Below are positions 49,690 to 60,081 of a stretch of DNA of 64,000 nt, piece by piece. Position numbers and translations under genes: made by a program. The stretch is from Oculatellaceae cyanobacterium bins.114 (GTDB lineage: Bacteria; Cyanobacteriota; Cyanobacteriia; Elainellales; Elainellaceae): positions 46,274-110,273 of the forward strand of contig JANRJA010000137.1 of the NCBI GenBank assembly GCA_033764315.1. The letters are read 5' to 3'. The notes beneath the pieces were generated by a model that was not told the DNA's origin, did not search any database, and was given only the letters and a program-made list of their open reading frames with translations. Numbering within the stretch: the stretch's first letter is position 1; every line of letters starts with the position of its first letter.

Positions 49690-50811
49690 GTGGCTAGTGT
49701 CTTCAAGAATTTGTTCGCAAAGAAAACCAGAGGAGTTGGCATAGAGTTAACTCCTGAACGAGTTAATCTGGCTCGTTTAAAGCGTAAAGGTCAGGGGTTT
49801 CAGTTGGTCACTCTGGCATCAGCAGATGTGCCCGAAGGAATCTTTCAAGAGGGACAAATCGTCGATTCGTCGTCAATGGCTCAGATCATTCAGACATTAA
49901 TGAATGAAAGCAAAGTCAAAACGAAGTATGCGGCAACCTCTATTCCAGGGGGTAGAGATACGGTAACTCGGATCATTCCGGTTCCGGCTGAGCTAGATGA
50001 TCGCGAATTGCGAGAAATGGTGCTCAATCAAGAGGCGGGTCTGTATTTGCCCTTTCCACGTGAAGAGGCGGATGTGGACTATCAAAAGTTGGGCTTCTTT
50101 GTCGATGAAGACGGCATTGAAAAAGTTCAAGTCCTTTTGGTTGCCACTCGCAAAGAGGTAACAGACTCTTATATCAGCACATTTCAACAAGCAGGCTTGG
50201 GGATTAATGTGCTGGAAATCAGTAGCTTTGCCTTGATTCGCACGATTCGTGAGCAGTTACGGCAATTTACTCCACAAGAGGCAGCGGCAATTGTGGATAT
50301 CGAGTTTGAAAGCACCGAAATCTCCATTGTGGTGGATGGGGTGCCTCAGTTTTCTCGAACTGTGCCGATTGGGACGTATCAAGTGCAAACCGCGCTGAGC
50401 CGAGCCATGAATTTGCCGCCCTCTCGCAATACCGATCTGTTGCAAGGGATGACGGTTCCCGTTACCCCAATGGATAGTGTGAGTGGTGCGAGTGCTCCTA
50501 AGATGGGGGGCACTAATCCGGGAACAGCCGCCATGTTGCGAATATTGGGTGAATTGGCGGATGAGTTGCGGCGATCGATCGACTTTTATCTCAATCAAGG
50601 TGACAACTTAGAGGTTGCACAATTGTTGCTGGCAGGTCCAGGTGGGGCGATCGGACAACTCGATGAGTTCTTTTCACAGCGACTCAGCCTGCCCACCAGT
50701 CAAATTGACCCTGTAGCCGCGTTGTCGTTGGAGGTCGATCAAGATATTCCAGCGTTGCAACGCTCTGGTTTAGGGGTGGTCTTAGGGTTGGGGTTACGGG
50801 AAGCGTGGTGA
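49690..50811 (+). CDS. pilM: Type IV pilus assembly protein PilM
   Basis: GVGIEL, EAGLYLPFPREEAD.DYQ, ELRRSIDFY, GLGLR; GTG start taken at 49690. Confidence 0.95.
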   Translation: MASVFKNLFAKKTRGVGIELTPERVNLARLKRKGQGFQLVTLASADVPEGIFQEGQIVDSSSMAQIIQTLMNESKVKTKYAATSIPGGRDTVTRIIPVPAELDDRELREMVLNQEAGLYLPFPREEADVDYQKLGFFVDEDGIEKVQVLLVATRKEVTDSYISTFQQAGLGINVLEISSFALIRTIREQLRQFTPQEAAAIVDIEFESTEISIVVDGVPQFSRTVPIGTYQVQTALSRAMNLPPSRNTDLLQGMTVPVTPMDSVSGASAPKMGGTNPGTAAMLRILGELADELRRSIDFYLNQGDNLEVAQLLLAGPGGAIGQLDEFFSQRLSLPTSQIDPVAALSLEVDQDIPALQRSGLGVVLGLGLREAW

Positions 50812-50826
50812 TTTGGGAGGTGTTGG

Positions 50827-51669
50827 ATGTATAGCCTTGATATTAATTTTCTCAATGATCGGGCTGAACGTGCTGTAGATGCTGGAGGGCCAGTCCAAAC
50901 GCGGACAGAGCAGGACAGCAATCGCCCGCTTTATATCGGTTTGGCCGTGGGGATTTTTCCGCTGGCATTAGTGCTGGTGTCTTGGTTTTTGTTGCAGCAG
51001 CGCAATGCAACGTTGCAACAACGCCAAGCTGAGTTAGATACACGGCTGACCGCTCTGCAAGCCCAGTTGCAGGAAGTGGATACGATCAGTGCTCAGATTG
51101 CTCAAATTGACGCTGAGAATAAAGCATTGGCTACGGTGTTTGATCGGATCAAGCCCTGGTCTGCGATTTTGCAAGATGTTCGCGATCGCGTGCCAACAGG
51201 GGTGCAAGTCTCTCTAATTGAGCAAAAAGATCCGGCAAGCTTGCCAGGAGCGGCAGCGGCGGCTCCTCCCCCTCCCCCTGCTGCTTCTGCTGACCCAAAT
51301 CAGCCAGCGGCTCCTGCTGCTGCGCCCGAACCTCCACCTGACGTGATTGAAGTCTCTGGACAGGCACGCACGTTTAATGACGTTAATGACTTTTTGTTGA
51401 CGCTTCAGCGATCGCCCTTCTTGCAAGCCGACGAGACTAAGTTGGTCACGGCTGAGTTAGTGGATAACCCAACCCAAATTCGATTTGCCGATGAACAAAA
51501 TTCTGGGGACGTCGAAGTGCAACTTCCCAGAGTGGTGGAATTCAAAATCCAAAGTACCCTGACCAATCTTCCTGCTTCTGAACTGTTGCAAGATTTAGAG
51601 CGGACGCTGGCGGTTGGGTTGCCCGCTAGAATCGAAGCCCTGCGCGAAAGAGGAGTAATTCAACCATGA
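50827..51669 (+). CDS. pilN: PilN
   Basis: MYSLDINFL (INLL-type motif), TM, coiled coil, FNDVNDFLLTLQ.SPF. Confidence 0.93.
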   Translation: MYSLDINFLNDRAERAVDAGGPVQTRTEQDSNRPLYIGLAVGIFPLALVLVSWFLLQQRNATLQQRQAELDTRLTALQAQLQEVDTISAQIAQIDAENKALATVFDRIKPWSAILQDVRDRVPTGVQVSLIEQKDPASLPGAAAAAPPPPPAASADPNQPAAPAAAPEPPPDVIEVSGQARTFNDVNDFLLTLQRSPFLQADETKLVTAELVDNPTQIRFADEQNSGDVEVQLPRVVEFKIQSTLTNLPASELLQDLERTLAVGLPARIEALRERGVIQP

Positions 51670-52466
51670 CAGCCGGAGACTATATTCCTGGGGAAGGCAA
51701 TTTTGACGCCGAACCTAATTACCCAACAGTCTTTGGGGTAAAGTTGACTCCATCCACCAATGGAGTCTTGTTAGCTGTTTTTGGGTTGCTGGCAGCAGGC
51801 TATGTGGCTTACACGTTTGTGAAACCTGTATTTGACACGTCTCAGCAACTCAGTGCTGATATTGCAGCTAAAGAACAACAACTGTTGGCAACCGAAGAAA
51901 CTCAACAGCGGATTCAGGAAGCCCGCAATCAATTGCAAGAAGCAAAACAGTTGCAGGCTGACGTGTTGACGCTGTTTGCCAGTGAAAGAAGTATGGATAC
52001 TCTATTGCTGGATTTAAATGAACGAGTCCAGTCGGCTAACGCTGGAATTGGCGACCCCGATCGTCGAGCCACGTTATCTAAATTTGCCCGCAATGACACG
52101 GCCTCTGGAGTGGTGGCGGATAGTTCTTTTGGTGCTGCGGTGAATGGTAAGTTGCAACGCCAAGTATATGACGTGCAAATGCAAGGTTCCTTTGCTCAAA
52201 CTCAATCGATTATTCGCAGCATTGAACGGTTGCAGCCTCTATTGGTGGTGCGAAACTTTAAGTCTGAATTAGATACATCAACTCAAGCGATCGTGCTTGA
52301 TAACCAGGGTAGATTGACTCCAGCGGGTCAACCTGTGACTCGCATTACCACCTCTTATCAGTTAGGTGCCTTATTGCCAGTGCCCGTTCCAGAAACTCCG
52401 GCAGCTCCGGCGGCTGACCCGGCAGCAGCAGGAACTGCACCCCCGGCAGCGGCTCCTGCCCCTTGA
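51666..52466 (+). CDS. pilO: PilO
   Basis: YPTVFG, TM, TLLLDLN, GSFAQTQSIIRSIERLQPLL; overlaps the pilN stop. Confidence 0.9.
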   Translation: MTAGDYIPGEGNFDAEPNYPTVFGVKLTPSTNGVLLAVFGLLAAGYVAYTFVKPVFDTSQQLSADIAAKEQQLLATEETQQRIQEARNQLQEAKQLQADVLTLFASERSMDTLLLDLNERVQSANAGIGDPDRRATLSKFARNDTASGVVADSSFGAAVNGKLQRQVYDVQMQGSFAQTQSIIRSIERLQPLLVVRNFKSELDTSTQAIVLDNQGRLTPAGQPVTRITTSYQLGALLPVPVPETPAAPAADPAAAGTAPPAAAPAP

Positions 52467-52579
52467 TCGGTTGGAGTGCCTTGAGTCCTCTGAATCTGCT
52501 TGACCGATGTTCGTATTGTCAACCCTCATTTAACCCCACCATCAACTCAACCGCCGTTTCTGATTAGAAGGAGTGAACC

Positions 52580-54904
52580 GTGAAACAACATCTTGGTCTT
52601 CGCAGTATCTTGGGCAGTACTGCGATCGCGCTAATTGCCAGTCAACCGGCGATCGCCGTGCCCACTCAAGTGACAGGGGTGCAAGTCAACCCATCTAACG
52701 GTGGCATTAATTTAGTATTGCAAACCCGCAATGGCGATCGCCCTGATATTTTTACAGTCAGTCGGGGCAATACCCTGGTGGCTGATATCACCAATGCTCA
52801 ATTGCGACTGCCTGAGGGCAATGGGTTTCTGCAAAACAACCCTGCTCCAGGTATTACGTCGGTGATGATTGCGCCGCTTGACGCCAACAGCATTCGCGTC
52901 ACGGTTAACGGTGATGCTTCTGCCCCGGCAACCCAAGTCACTCAAAATCAAAATGGGATTGTGGTGGCGATTAGCTCATCGGGGACAGGGCAAACTAGGC
53001 AAGCTGCGCCCACTAACCCCAATCAAATCGCTCAACAACCTGCCCCGGCACCCGTCCCTCCACCGATGGTGCCTGCGCCAAACGTGTTGGTGCCTAACCC
53101 CCAAATCTCAATTGATGGAGTCCCTTCGTCCCCTGACCGGGGAGCCTATATTCCACCCCTGCAACCTCGTGCGATCGCTCCACCACTGGGTGACATTGCG
53201 GTGTCTAACATCGACACCTCTCCTGCCACGATCGATCTCAACTCGGCTGAGCGAGTCCCTCGGTTAGTCTTGCGTGATGCTCCGGTGCGAGATGTGCTGT
53301 CTTTGTTGGCACGAGCCGCTGGGCTAAACGTGGCTTATATCGGTCAATTACCAGGGGCAACCCAACAACCGCAAGCGGCAGCAGCAGCCCCCGGAGAAGC
53401 CCCGGCTGAAGTCCGGATTTCTTTAGACATTGAAAACGAACCTGTTCAAGATGTTTTTAACTATGTGTTGCGGGTGGCTGGCTTAGAAGCCAATCGAGCC
53501 GGACGCACGATCTTTGTGGGGCCACGTTTGCCGGATGATGCCCGTGCCACCGTTGCTCGTACCCTAAGGCTTAACCAGGTTACTGCTGGAGATGCCGCTA
53601 GCTTCCTAACCACTCAAGGGGCAGAAACGCAAATTTCATTTCTTCGGAGAGAAATTAATACCATTGGTGAAGGTGCAGCTGCAAGAACTGTAGAGATTGA
53701 GACACCGACTATTCTCTCTCTACGGGCAACTGAAGGTCAGGGACCGTTGTTGTTGAGAGGCATAGCTATTTCAACCAACGAGCGACTCAACACCATTACG
53801 TTGGTGGGTCCACCGCGTCGAGTTGAAATCGCCACTAACTTGCTGGCACAGCTTGATCTGCGTCGTCGTCAAGCTGCGATCAACGTTCGTGTGGTCGATG
53901 TCAACTTGTTGGCGACAGAAGACATCAACACCAGCTTCTCCTTTGGTGTGGGGGATACCTTCTTTACCAGTGATGGGGGTGCCGCCAGCTTTAACTACGG
54001 TGGAGCCAATCCACCCACACGAGGGCAATATGACGGCAGTGTCTTAACTCCACCTATTATTGGAGCACCGTATCCAGAAGGTGTTGAAGACCCACAACCG
54101 TTTATTGATGCTCAACCCAACTCTCCTTTTGGAACGGGTGAACCTCAACCGTTTGGCAACCCACCGCTCAATGACGGCACGATTCAGATCCCTGGTGGTC
54201 AGTTCTTCCGACCTCCCTTTGGTACCAACTCTAACCCACTCCAGGGGGGTGTGACGCGGTTAAACCCAGATGGCAGTATCGAAATCGGTCTACCTGAACT
54301 CTTCCAGTTCCCGACTCGCTTCCTTGCTACACTCCAGGCACAAGTGGTCAGCGGCAACGCCAAGATCTTGACCGATCCGACTCTAACGGTGCAAGAGGGA
54401 CAACGTGCCCAAGTGAGACTCACGACGGAAGTGTTTGGTGGTTTCTCAGCCCAACGAGAACCCATTATTAAGAACGCGGGTCTAACGCTGGATATCGTTC
54501 TCACTCGCATTGATGATAACGGTTTCGTAACTCTGGCCGTGATTCCCACGGTGTCTTCTGTAGCGAATGTTTTCAATACTCAGCAGGGAGACATTGTTCT
54601 CTTGCAAGAGCGACGGGTTGATTCTGGACAGCTTCGAGTGCGGGATGGTCAAACCCTGATTCTTTCTGGAATTATTCAAGAAACCGATCGCGCGACAGTC
54701 TCTAAGATCCCCATTCTGGGTGATATTCCTCTGCTGGGAGCGTTGTTTAGACGCACTGAGCGGGAAAATACTCGCCAGGAGGTGATTGTCTTGTTGACAC
54801 CTCAGGTGATTAATGACTCTGACCTGTCAAACTTTGGTTACAGCTATACCCCTGGGCGAGAAGCACAGGAATTGCTACAACGTCAGGGTGTGCAGTTCCC
54901 CTAA
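52580..54904 (+). CDS. pilQ: PilQ secretin with AMIN domain
   Basis: AMIN N-domain, PRAIAPPLGDI, AKILTDPTL, KIPILGDIPLLGALFR, EVIVLLTP. Confidence 0.94.
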   Translation: MKQHLGLRSILGSTAIALIASQPAIAVPTQVTGVQVNPSNGGINLVLQTRNGDRPDIFTVSRGNTLVADITNAQLRLPEGNGFLQNNPAPGITSVMIAPLDANSIRVTVNGDASAPATQVTQNQNGIVVAISSSGTGQTRQAAPTNPNQIAQQPAPAPVPPPMVPAPNVLVPNPQISIDGVPSSPDRGAYIPPLQPRAIAPPLGDIAVSNIDTSPATIDLNSAERVPRLVLRDAPVRDVLSLLARAAGLNVAYIGQLPGATQQPQAAAAAPGEAPAEVRISLDIENEPVQDVFNYVLRVAGLEANRAGRTIFVGPRLPDDARATVARTLRLNQVTAGDAASFLTTQGAETQISFLRREINTIGEGAAARTVEIETPTILSLRATEGQGPLLLRGIAISTNERLNTITLVGPPRRVEIATNLLAQLDLRRRQAAINVRVVDVNLLATEDINTSFSFGVGDTFFTSDGGAASFNYGGANPPTRGQYDGSVLTPPIIGAPYPEGVEDPQPFIDAQPNSPFGTGEPQPFGNPPLNDGTIQIPGGQFFRPPFGTNSNPLQGGVTRLNPDGSIEIGLPELFQFPTRFLATLQAQVVSGNAKILTDPTLTVQEGQRAQVRLTTEVFGGFSAQREPIIKNAGLTLDIVLTRIDDNGFVTLAVIPTVSSVANVFNTQQGDIVLLQERRVDSGQLRVRDGQTLILSGIIQETDRATVSKIPILGDIPLLGALFRRTERENTRQEVIVLLTPQVINDSDLSNFGYSYTPGREAQELLQRQGVQFP

Positions 54905-55161
54905 TCGATCTCTATAAATTGGAAATCGAGTGAGAGATGGTGTTATGACTGCCGTTTCTGCTTGATTTCCAATTTTGACTATTGTCCGTTGCATCAGACT
55001 CAACGAGTCAAGCAAAACTTTCACTACAACTGGGCTGTGATAGTGAGTCGGGTGGGGAACAAAAAATGGCTTTAGCGTCATCTCAATTAGATGATTGATC
55101 GTGGCATTTGAACTCTCCAAATGTTGTACCAATGGCTACGTTAATGTGAGGAACGGAGGAT

Positions 55162-57144
55162 ATGGCAGGCAGCAGTTTTGATGATGCAATTAAGATCTCC
55201 TTTGATGGCGATCGCTTCCGCAAAACCTTCGATGGCTCTGTTAGTGGCTCAAACCCCAACGTCTTTTATCGCTTTGATGTAAGCAGCGATCGCAGTCGTT
55301 TTAGTGATCTTGGTGTGACTCTGCGGGGGTTAGATGATGATGCCGATTTGGTTCTCTTTAACAGTCGGCAGCGAGTGATTGAGTTTTCTAGTAATTCGGG
55401 CGATCGCAGCGAGGTGATCAACCGCAGTTCCAGGATCAGAACTGACCCCGATCCATTTCCACCTGGAAATCCTCTAGCACCAGGGACGTATTTTCTCCAG
55501 GTAAAACGAGTTTCCGGTGCGACGGATTTTGATCTGACTATTTCAGTGGTACCAGTTAACAATCCTGCTTTCAGGGTTCGCCGACCGCGACCCACTGAAA
55601 CCTTTAGCCCTGGCACACTAGCTCGTGCTCGTCGAGTCAACATTATCGGCAGTAATCGAATTATTGAAGACGCGGTGGGTGGGGGCAATACTCAAGATTT
55701 CTATCGCATTGATCTGCGACGCTTTAGTCGGGTTTCCTTCTTCCTGAGAGACTTGAATGAGAACGCCGATCTTGACTTGATTAACAGCCAAGGGCAAATT
55801 TTGCGGCGCAGCTTTAACCAGGGCACCCAACAAGAAACGATTAGTGTGGGCTTTGGTCGCAACCCTAATGCAACACTAGCCCCTGGCACCTATTATGTGA
55901 GAGTTTATCGTCGTGGCAGCCGAACCTCTTATGAGCTGAATATGACTGCGATCGAGACAACTCGACGGGTGCCGACTAACAGCGGCAGCAGTGCTCAATT
56001 GGTTAGCAATGTTAATCCTGGTGCTGATGGGTCTAGTCCCTTTGACCTAACTGTCTTTAACGGGCGGCTTTACTTCACCGCAGACGATGGCATTAGTGGC
56101 AGAGAGCTGTGGAGCACCGATGGCACTCAAGCTGGAACCCGACTGCTGCTCAACATCAACCCCGGTGCTGCCAGCTCTAACCCTACAGATCTCTTTGTCT
56201 TTAATGATGCTCTTTATTTTTCGGCTAACAATGGCGTCAGCGGCAATGAACTGTGGCGCACCGACGGCACAGCAACAGGCACTGAACTGGTGTTTGACAT
56301 CAACCCTGGTGCTGCCAGCTCTAACCCATTTGACTTTGCCAGTTTTAACGGGCAACTCTATTTTGCAGCAACCGATGCCTTAGGCAGAGAGTTATGGCGC
56401 ACCGATGGGGCGAGTGATGTTGCCCTCGCTGTCACTCAACGCGCTGCCGATATCAACGCTGGCACAGGCGGCTCAAACCCCACTGACCTGACTGTGGTGG
56501 GCAATACTCTGTTTTTTGCCGCTGATGACGGCACTTTGGGCAGTGAGCTGTGGAGTTTTAATGGGGTAACGCCCAATCTTGCAGGAAACATCAACTTCAC
56601 TGGCGGTTCAAACCCGTTTGACCTGACTAACTTTAATAATCGCCTCTATTTCAGTGCAGACGATGGTGGAATATTGGGTCGTGAGTTATATCAAAGCGAT
56701 GGCACGCCATCATTGACTCGCCTTTTTGTGAATCTGCGGGCTGGAGCAGATAGCTCAAACCCTAGTGATTTAGAGCGAGTTGGCAATTTCTTCTTCTTTG
56801 CGGCTGATGATGGCACTCGCGGCAGAGAGCTATATCGCAGCGATGGCACCGTTAATGGAACCACTCTAATCAGTGATGTTAATCCGGGCAGTGATAGCTC
56901 TAGCCCAGCCGATCTGCTCAATGTGAATGACAGTGTGGTGTATTTTTCGGCTGAATCTAGCACGGCAGGTAGACAGTTATTCCGCAGTGGTGGAACGGCT
57001 CAAAATACAATTCAAGTGACAACTTCTGCCTCTCCTAACTTAAACCCCACTGATTTAGTTGTCTTCAACAACTTTATCTATTTTGCGGGCACCACCGCAG
57101 CGAGTGGCACAGAACTCTTTAGGGTTCCGGCTCCAGCCGCCTAG
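55162..57144 (+). CDS. Protein with two PPC-like domains and ELWxxDGT repeats
   Basis: D.YR...L..L...ADL.L....G.YY.RV twice; repeated LYF.A.DG..G.ELW.TDGT units. Confidence 0.88.
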   Translation: MAGSSFDDAIKISFDGDRFRKTFDGSVSGSNPNVFYRFDVSSDRSRFSDLGVTLRGLDDDADLVLFNSRQRVIEFSSNSGDRSEVINRSSRIRTDPDPFPPGNPLAPGTYFLQVKRVSGATDFDLTISVVPVNNPAFRVRRPRPTETFSPGTLARARRVNIIGSNRIIEDAVGGGNTQDFYRIDLRRFSRVSFFLRDLNENADLDLINSQGQILRRSFNQGTQQETISVGFGRNPNATLAPGTYYVRVYRRGSRTSYELNMTAIETTRRVPTNSGSSAQLVSNVNPGADGSSPFDLTVFNGRLYFTADDGISGRELWSTDGTQAGTRLLLNINPGAASSNPTDLFVFNDALYFSANNGVSGNELWRTDGTATGTELVFDINPGAASSNPFDFASFNGQLYFAATDALGRELWRTDGASDVALAVTQRAADINAGTGGSNPTDLTVVGNTLFFAADDGTLGSELWSFNGVTPNLAGNINFTGGSNPFDLTNFNNRLYFSADDGGILGRELYQSDGTPSLTRLFVNLRAGADSSNPSDLERVGNFFFFAADDGTRGRELYRSDGTVNGTTLISDVNPGSDSSSPADLLNVNDSVVYFSAESSTAGRQLFRSGGTAQNTIQVTTSASPNLNPTDLVVFNNFIYFAGTTAASGTELFRVPAPAA

Positions 57145-57161
57145 ACGCTAAGAAGAAATAA

Positions 57162-57202
57162 GCAAAAGTGGGGAAGATTTGTTCTTCCTCATTTTGTTTT
57201 TT
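57162..57202 (+). terminator. Intrinsic terminator
   Basis: AAAAGTGGGGAAGA-loop-TCTTCCTCATTTT followed by a T-run. Confidence 0.55.
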
Positions 57203-57502
57203 CATAGTTTTGAAATGTTCACTGATTCATTTTTTTGTCATATTTGCTCCAATTCTTTGCTTATTACTCAGAAAAAATTATGTAGTTTGAGAAAAATTAC
57301 CTAAAAAATCCTCAAATCTATATAAATTAAAGGTTTCACCGATCCATAACTGTCAACTAGACTTTAGAATAAAGCATTGAAAATTCCAATTTATGGGAGT
57401 TTCAGTAATGAACCTGGTTTCCCGTTCGGTTTTTTCAATCTTCTGATCCCACTTTGGGATTGAGAGCTGTTTCTTATCCTGACCAATTTCAAGGAGATTC
57501 CC

Positions 57503-57781
57503 ATGAATAAGGGCGAATTAGTCGATAAAGTTGCCGAAAAGGCAAGCGTTACTAAAAAACAAGCGGATGCTGTATTAACCGCAGCGATCGATTCCATTAT
57601 GGAAGCGGTGTCTAGTGGTGATAAGGTGACACTGGTTGGTTTTGGCTCGTTTGAGCCTCGAGAACGTAAAGCCCGTGAAGGACGCAACCCTAAAACGGGT
57701 GAAGCAATGGAAATTCCAGCTACTAAGGTGCCTGCCTTTTCTGCGGGCAAACTCTTTAAAGAGAAAGTCGCACCAAAGTAA
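57503..57781 (+). CDS. hup: DNA-binding protein HU
   Basis: MNKGELV...LVGFGSFE...AREGRNPKTG...VPAFSAGK; AAGGAG SD. Confidence 0.97.
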   Translation: MNKGELVDKVAEKASVTKKQADAVLTAAIDSIMEAVSSGDKVTLVGFGSFEPRERKAREGRNPKTGEAMEIPATKVPAFSAGKLFKEKVAPK

Positions 57782-57805
57782 TCGTTTTTCATATCGATAT
57801 TTTTT

Positions 57806-58927
57806 GTGCGGAGCTTTGCTTTGGCGCAACCCACTCATGGGGGGAACATTACTTGGGCAGCAGATCTGGCAGGTTGTTCCCCTTCTTCAATCCTAGATTT
57901 TTCGGCCAGCATCAACCCTCTGGGGCCTCCTCAGTCGGCGATCGCTGCAATTCAGGCTAACCTGGCAACTTTGCGCGATTATCCTGACCCCGACTATCGC
58001 CAGTTGCGATCGACGCTCAGCGATACTCACCATCTTTCATCAGAGTGGATTCTGCCAGGAAACGGCTCTGCCGAGTTATTGACTTGGGCCAGTCGTGAAC
58101 TGGCAGAATTGCCATCCACTTATATCTTGACTCCTGCATTTAGTGATTACTTGCGGGCATTGCGAGCGTTTGATGCGATCGCGATTCGCTGTCCACTTGA
58201 TCTGACAGATCCTGCTTTGGGCACTGCCAATGAAGATATCGATCGGGGGTTACAGTCTTTACTCACGCTCTCTCAAGCGAGTGCCACTAGCGGGTTGTTG
58301 CTCAATAACCCCCACAACCCAACAGGGCAGTTGTTGACTAGAGAGGCGATTTTGCCCCTTCTAGACCGTTTTGCTTTGGTGGTGGTGGATGAGGCCTTTA
58401 TGGATTTCTTGCCCCCTGACCAAGAGCAGAGCGTCATGGAATGGGTACAAAATTATCCCAATCTGGTTGTGTTGCGATCGCTCACTAAGTTTTATAGCTT
58501 GCCGGGGTTGCGGTTAGGATATGCGATCGCCCATCCTGATCGGTTACGTCGCTGGCAGCAGTGGCGTGATCCCTGGAGTGTCAACAGTCTAGCCGCCGCT
58601 GTTGCCGAAGCTGTGCTCTATGACTCCAAATTTCAACAGCAAACCTGGGACTGGTTAATCCAGGCGCGATCGCACCTGTTTCAAGGTTTAAGTGCGTTGC
58701 CGGGGTTGCATCCCTATCCCAGTGCTGTCAATTATCTGTTGGTGCAATGTGAGCACTCGGCTGTAGACCTGCAACAGCAGTTACTCAAACGCGATCAAAT
58801 CTTAATTCGAGATTGTGTGAGTTTTCCTGAACTGGGCGATCGCTTCTTTCGTGTTGCCGTTCGCACCCAGGCCGAAAATCAACGCTTGCTTAGTGGTTTA
58901 ACCACAATTCTAGAGGCTTGTAACTAA
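57806..58927 (+). CDS. cobD: Threonine-phosphate decarboxylase
   Basis: HGGN, DFSASINPLG, GNGSAEL, NNPHNPTG, DEAFMDF, RSLTKFYSLPGLRLGY. Confidence 0.9.
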   Translation: MRSFALAQPTHGGNITWAADLAGCSPSSILDFSASINPLGPPQSAIAAIQANLATLRDYPDPDYRQLRSTLSDTHHLSSEWILPGNGSAELLTWASRELAELPSTYILTPAFSDYLRALRAFDAIAIRCPLDLTDPALGTANEDIDRGLQSLLTLSQASATSGLLLNNPHNPTGQLLTREAILPLLDRFALVVVDEAFMDFLPPDQEQSVMEWVQNYPNLVVLRSLTKFYSLPGLRLGYAIAHPDRLRRWQQWRDPWSVNSLAAAVAEAVLYDSKFQQQTWDWLIQARSHLFQGLSALPGLHPYPSAVNYLLVQCEHSAVDLQQQLLKRDQILIRDCVSFPELGDRFFRVAVRTQAENQRLLSGLTTILEACN

Positions 58928-59000
58928 CAAACATAGGAAATTGGGGTTTGGTGAAATACCATGAAAACGTTGTTAGGCTACCGTTTGAAGGAATAGTTCA

Positions 59001-59885
59001 ATGCTGAATATTTGGCTTGATTATGTAGAACGTCTTGCCTCCATACTTCAAGCTGAAGGTAAAAAGGCTGAAATTCTACAACATATGGGTAACCGAGGTT
59101 CCGCACGCGAGAGCTTTATCCTTAAGTTTCTTCAGGATTTTTTACCAGAGACTGTTGGTATAGGTACAGGTGAAATATTTGATCGGGGTGGGAGACGCTC
59201 TAAACAAATTGACATTGTTATATACGATAGAGCCTTTCCAATTCCTAAAATTGGTATAGATCAATGGCTCTTTCCTATAGAGGCAGTCATAGCAACTATT
59301 GAAGTGAAATCAGAGTTAAATTCAAGCGAATTACGCAGGGCTCTGGATAATTGTATGTCTGTTGTTAAATTACGTCCAAGAGCAGGTTTAGTAAACCCTC
59401 AAGTAGTAACTGATTCTAATATCAAAATCTCAGATTACACTCCTTCAGCAGAAGATTTTGATTGGATGTATCCAGGAACTTATGTTGTTGGGTATTCAGG
59501 TTACAAAGACCCAACAGCACTAATCCAGATCATCCACGACTGGTTTATTTCAGATACTCAAAAACTAGCAGAGGTTCCTAATCCCTTAATGGCTTTGCCA
59601 CGAGTTATAGCTACTCCAACAGCCTTGTTCCTCCGTAAGATGGATAACCTCAAACTCAATTCGGCTGATGGACAAACTCAAGATTGTGCTGCATGTGTTT
59701 CATCAAAATCAATGAATGTATTTGTTGCTGATTTGTTATCAAAAATCCTGCGTCGAACTATGAGTATTCGTACTGATGTTTTAACCCAGAAGCAGTGGAT
59801 TCTTCTAACAGTAGAAGATTTTGATTTGATCGAAGTTTTAGAACCAGATATTCAATGGCAAACAGTTAAGTTTGAATATAGCTAA
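59001..59885 (+). CDS. DUF6602-like, PD-(D/E)xK-type putative nuclease
   Basis: H.GNRGSARE...FL...LP...GTGEIFD....SKQIDIVIYD...PIEAV.ATIEVKS.L. Confidence 0.75.
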   Translation: MLNIWLDYVERLASILQAEGKKAEILQHMGNRGSARESFILKFLQDFLPETVGIGTGEIFDRGGRRSKQIDIVIYDRAFPIPKIGIDQWLFPIEAVIATIEVKSELNSSELRRALDNCMSVVKLRPRAGLVNPQVVTDSNIKISDYTPSAEDFDWMYPGTYVVGYSGYKDPTALIQIIHDWFISDTQKLAEVPNPLMALPRVIATPTALFLRKMDNLKLNSADGQTQDCAACVSSKSMNVFVADLLSKILRRTMSIRTDVLTQKQWILLTVEDFDLIEVLEPDIQWQTVKFEYS

Positions 59886-60081
59886 GATTGTTAACTGTCA
59901 AGCTTTTAAGGTCTCTCAGTTTAGATGAACTTAAGGCTCAATTACCGAGATACGAATGTTTTAAAGGTATGGTTATCTTTTGACTCAAGAACACCGTTAA
60001 ACTAACCTAGAGCAAAAAGTATTCTATGGCTTGTTAACGTAACTATAAGTTATCCGTTACTCTAACCAACTCTTATCTTTC

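Noticed and set aside
49690..54904. Missing pilP in the pilMNOQ operon
   Set aside because: pilMNOQ without pilP is the normal cyanobacterial arrangement.
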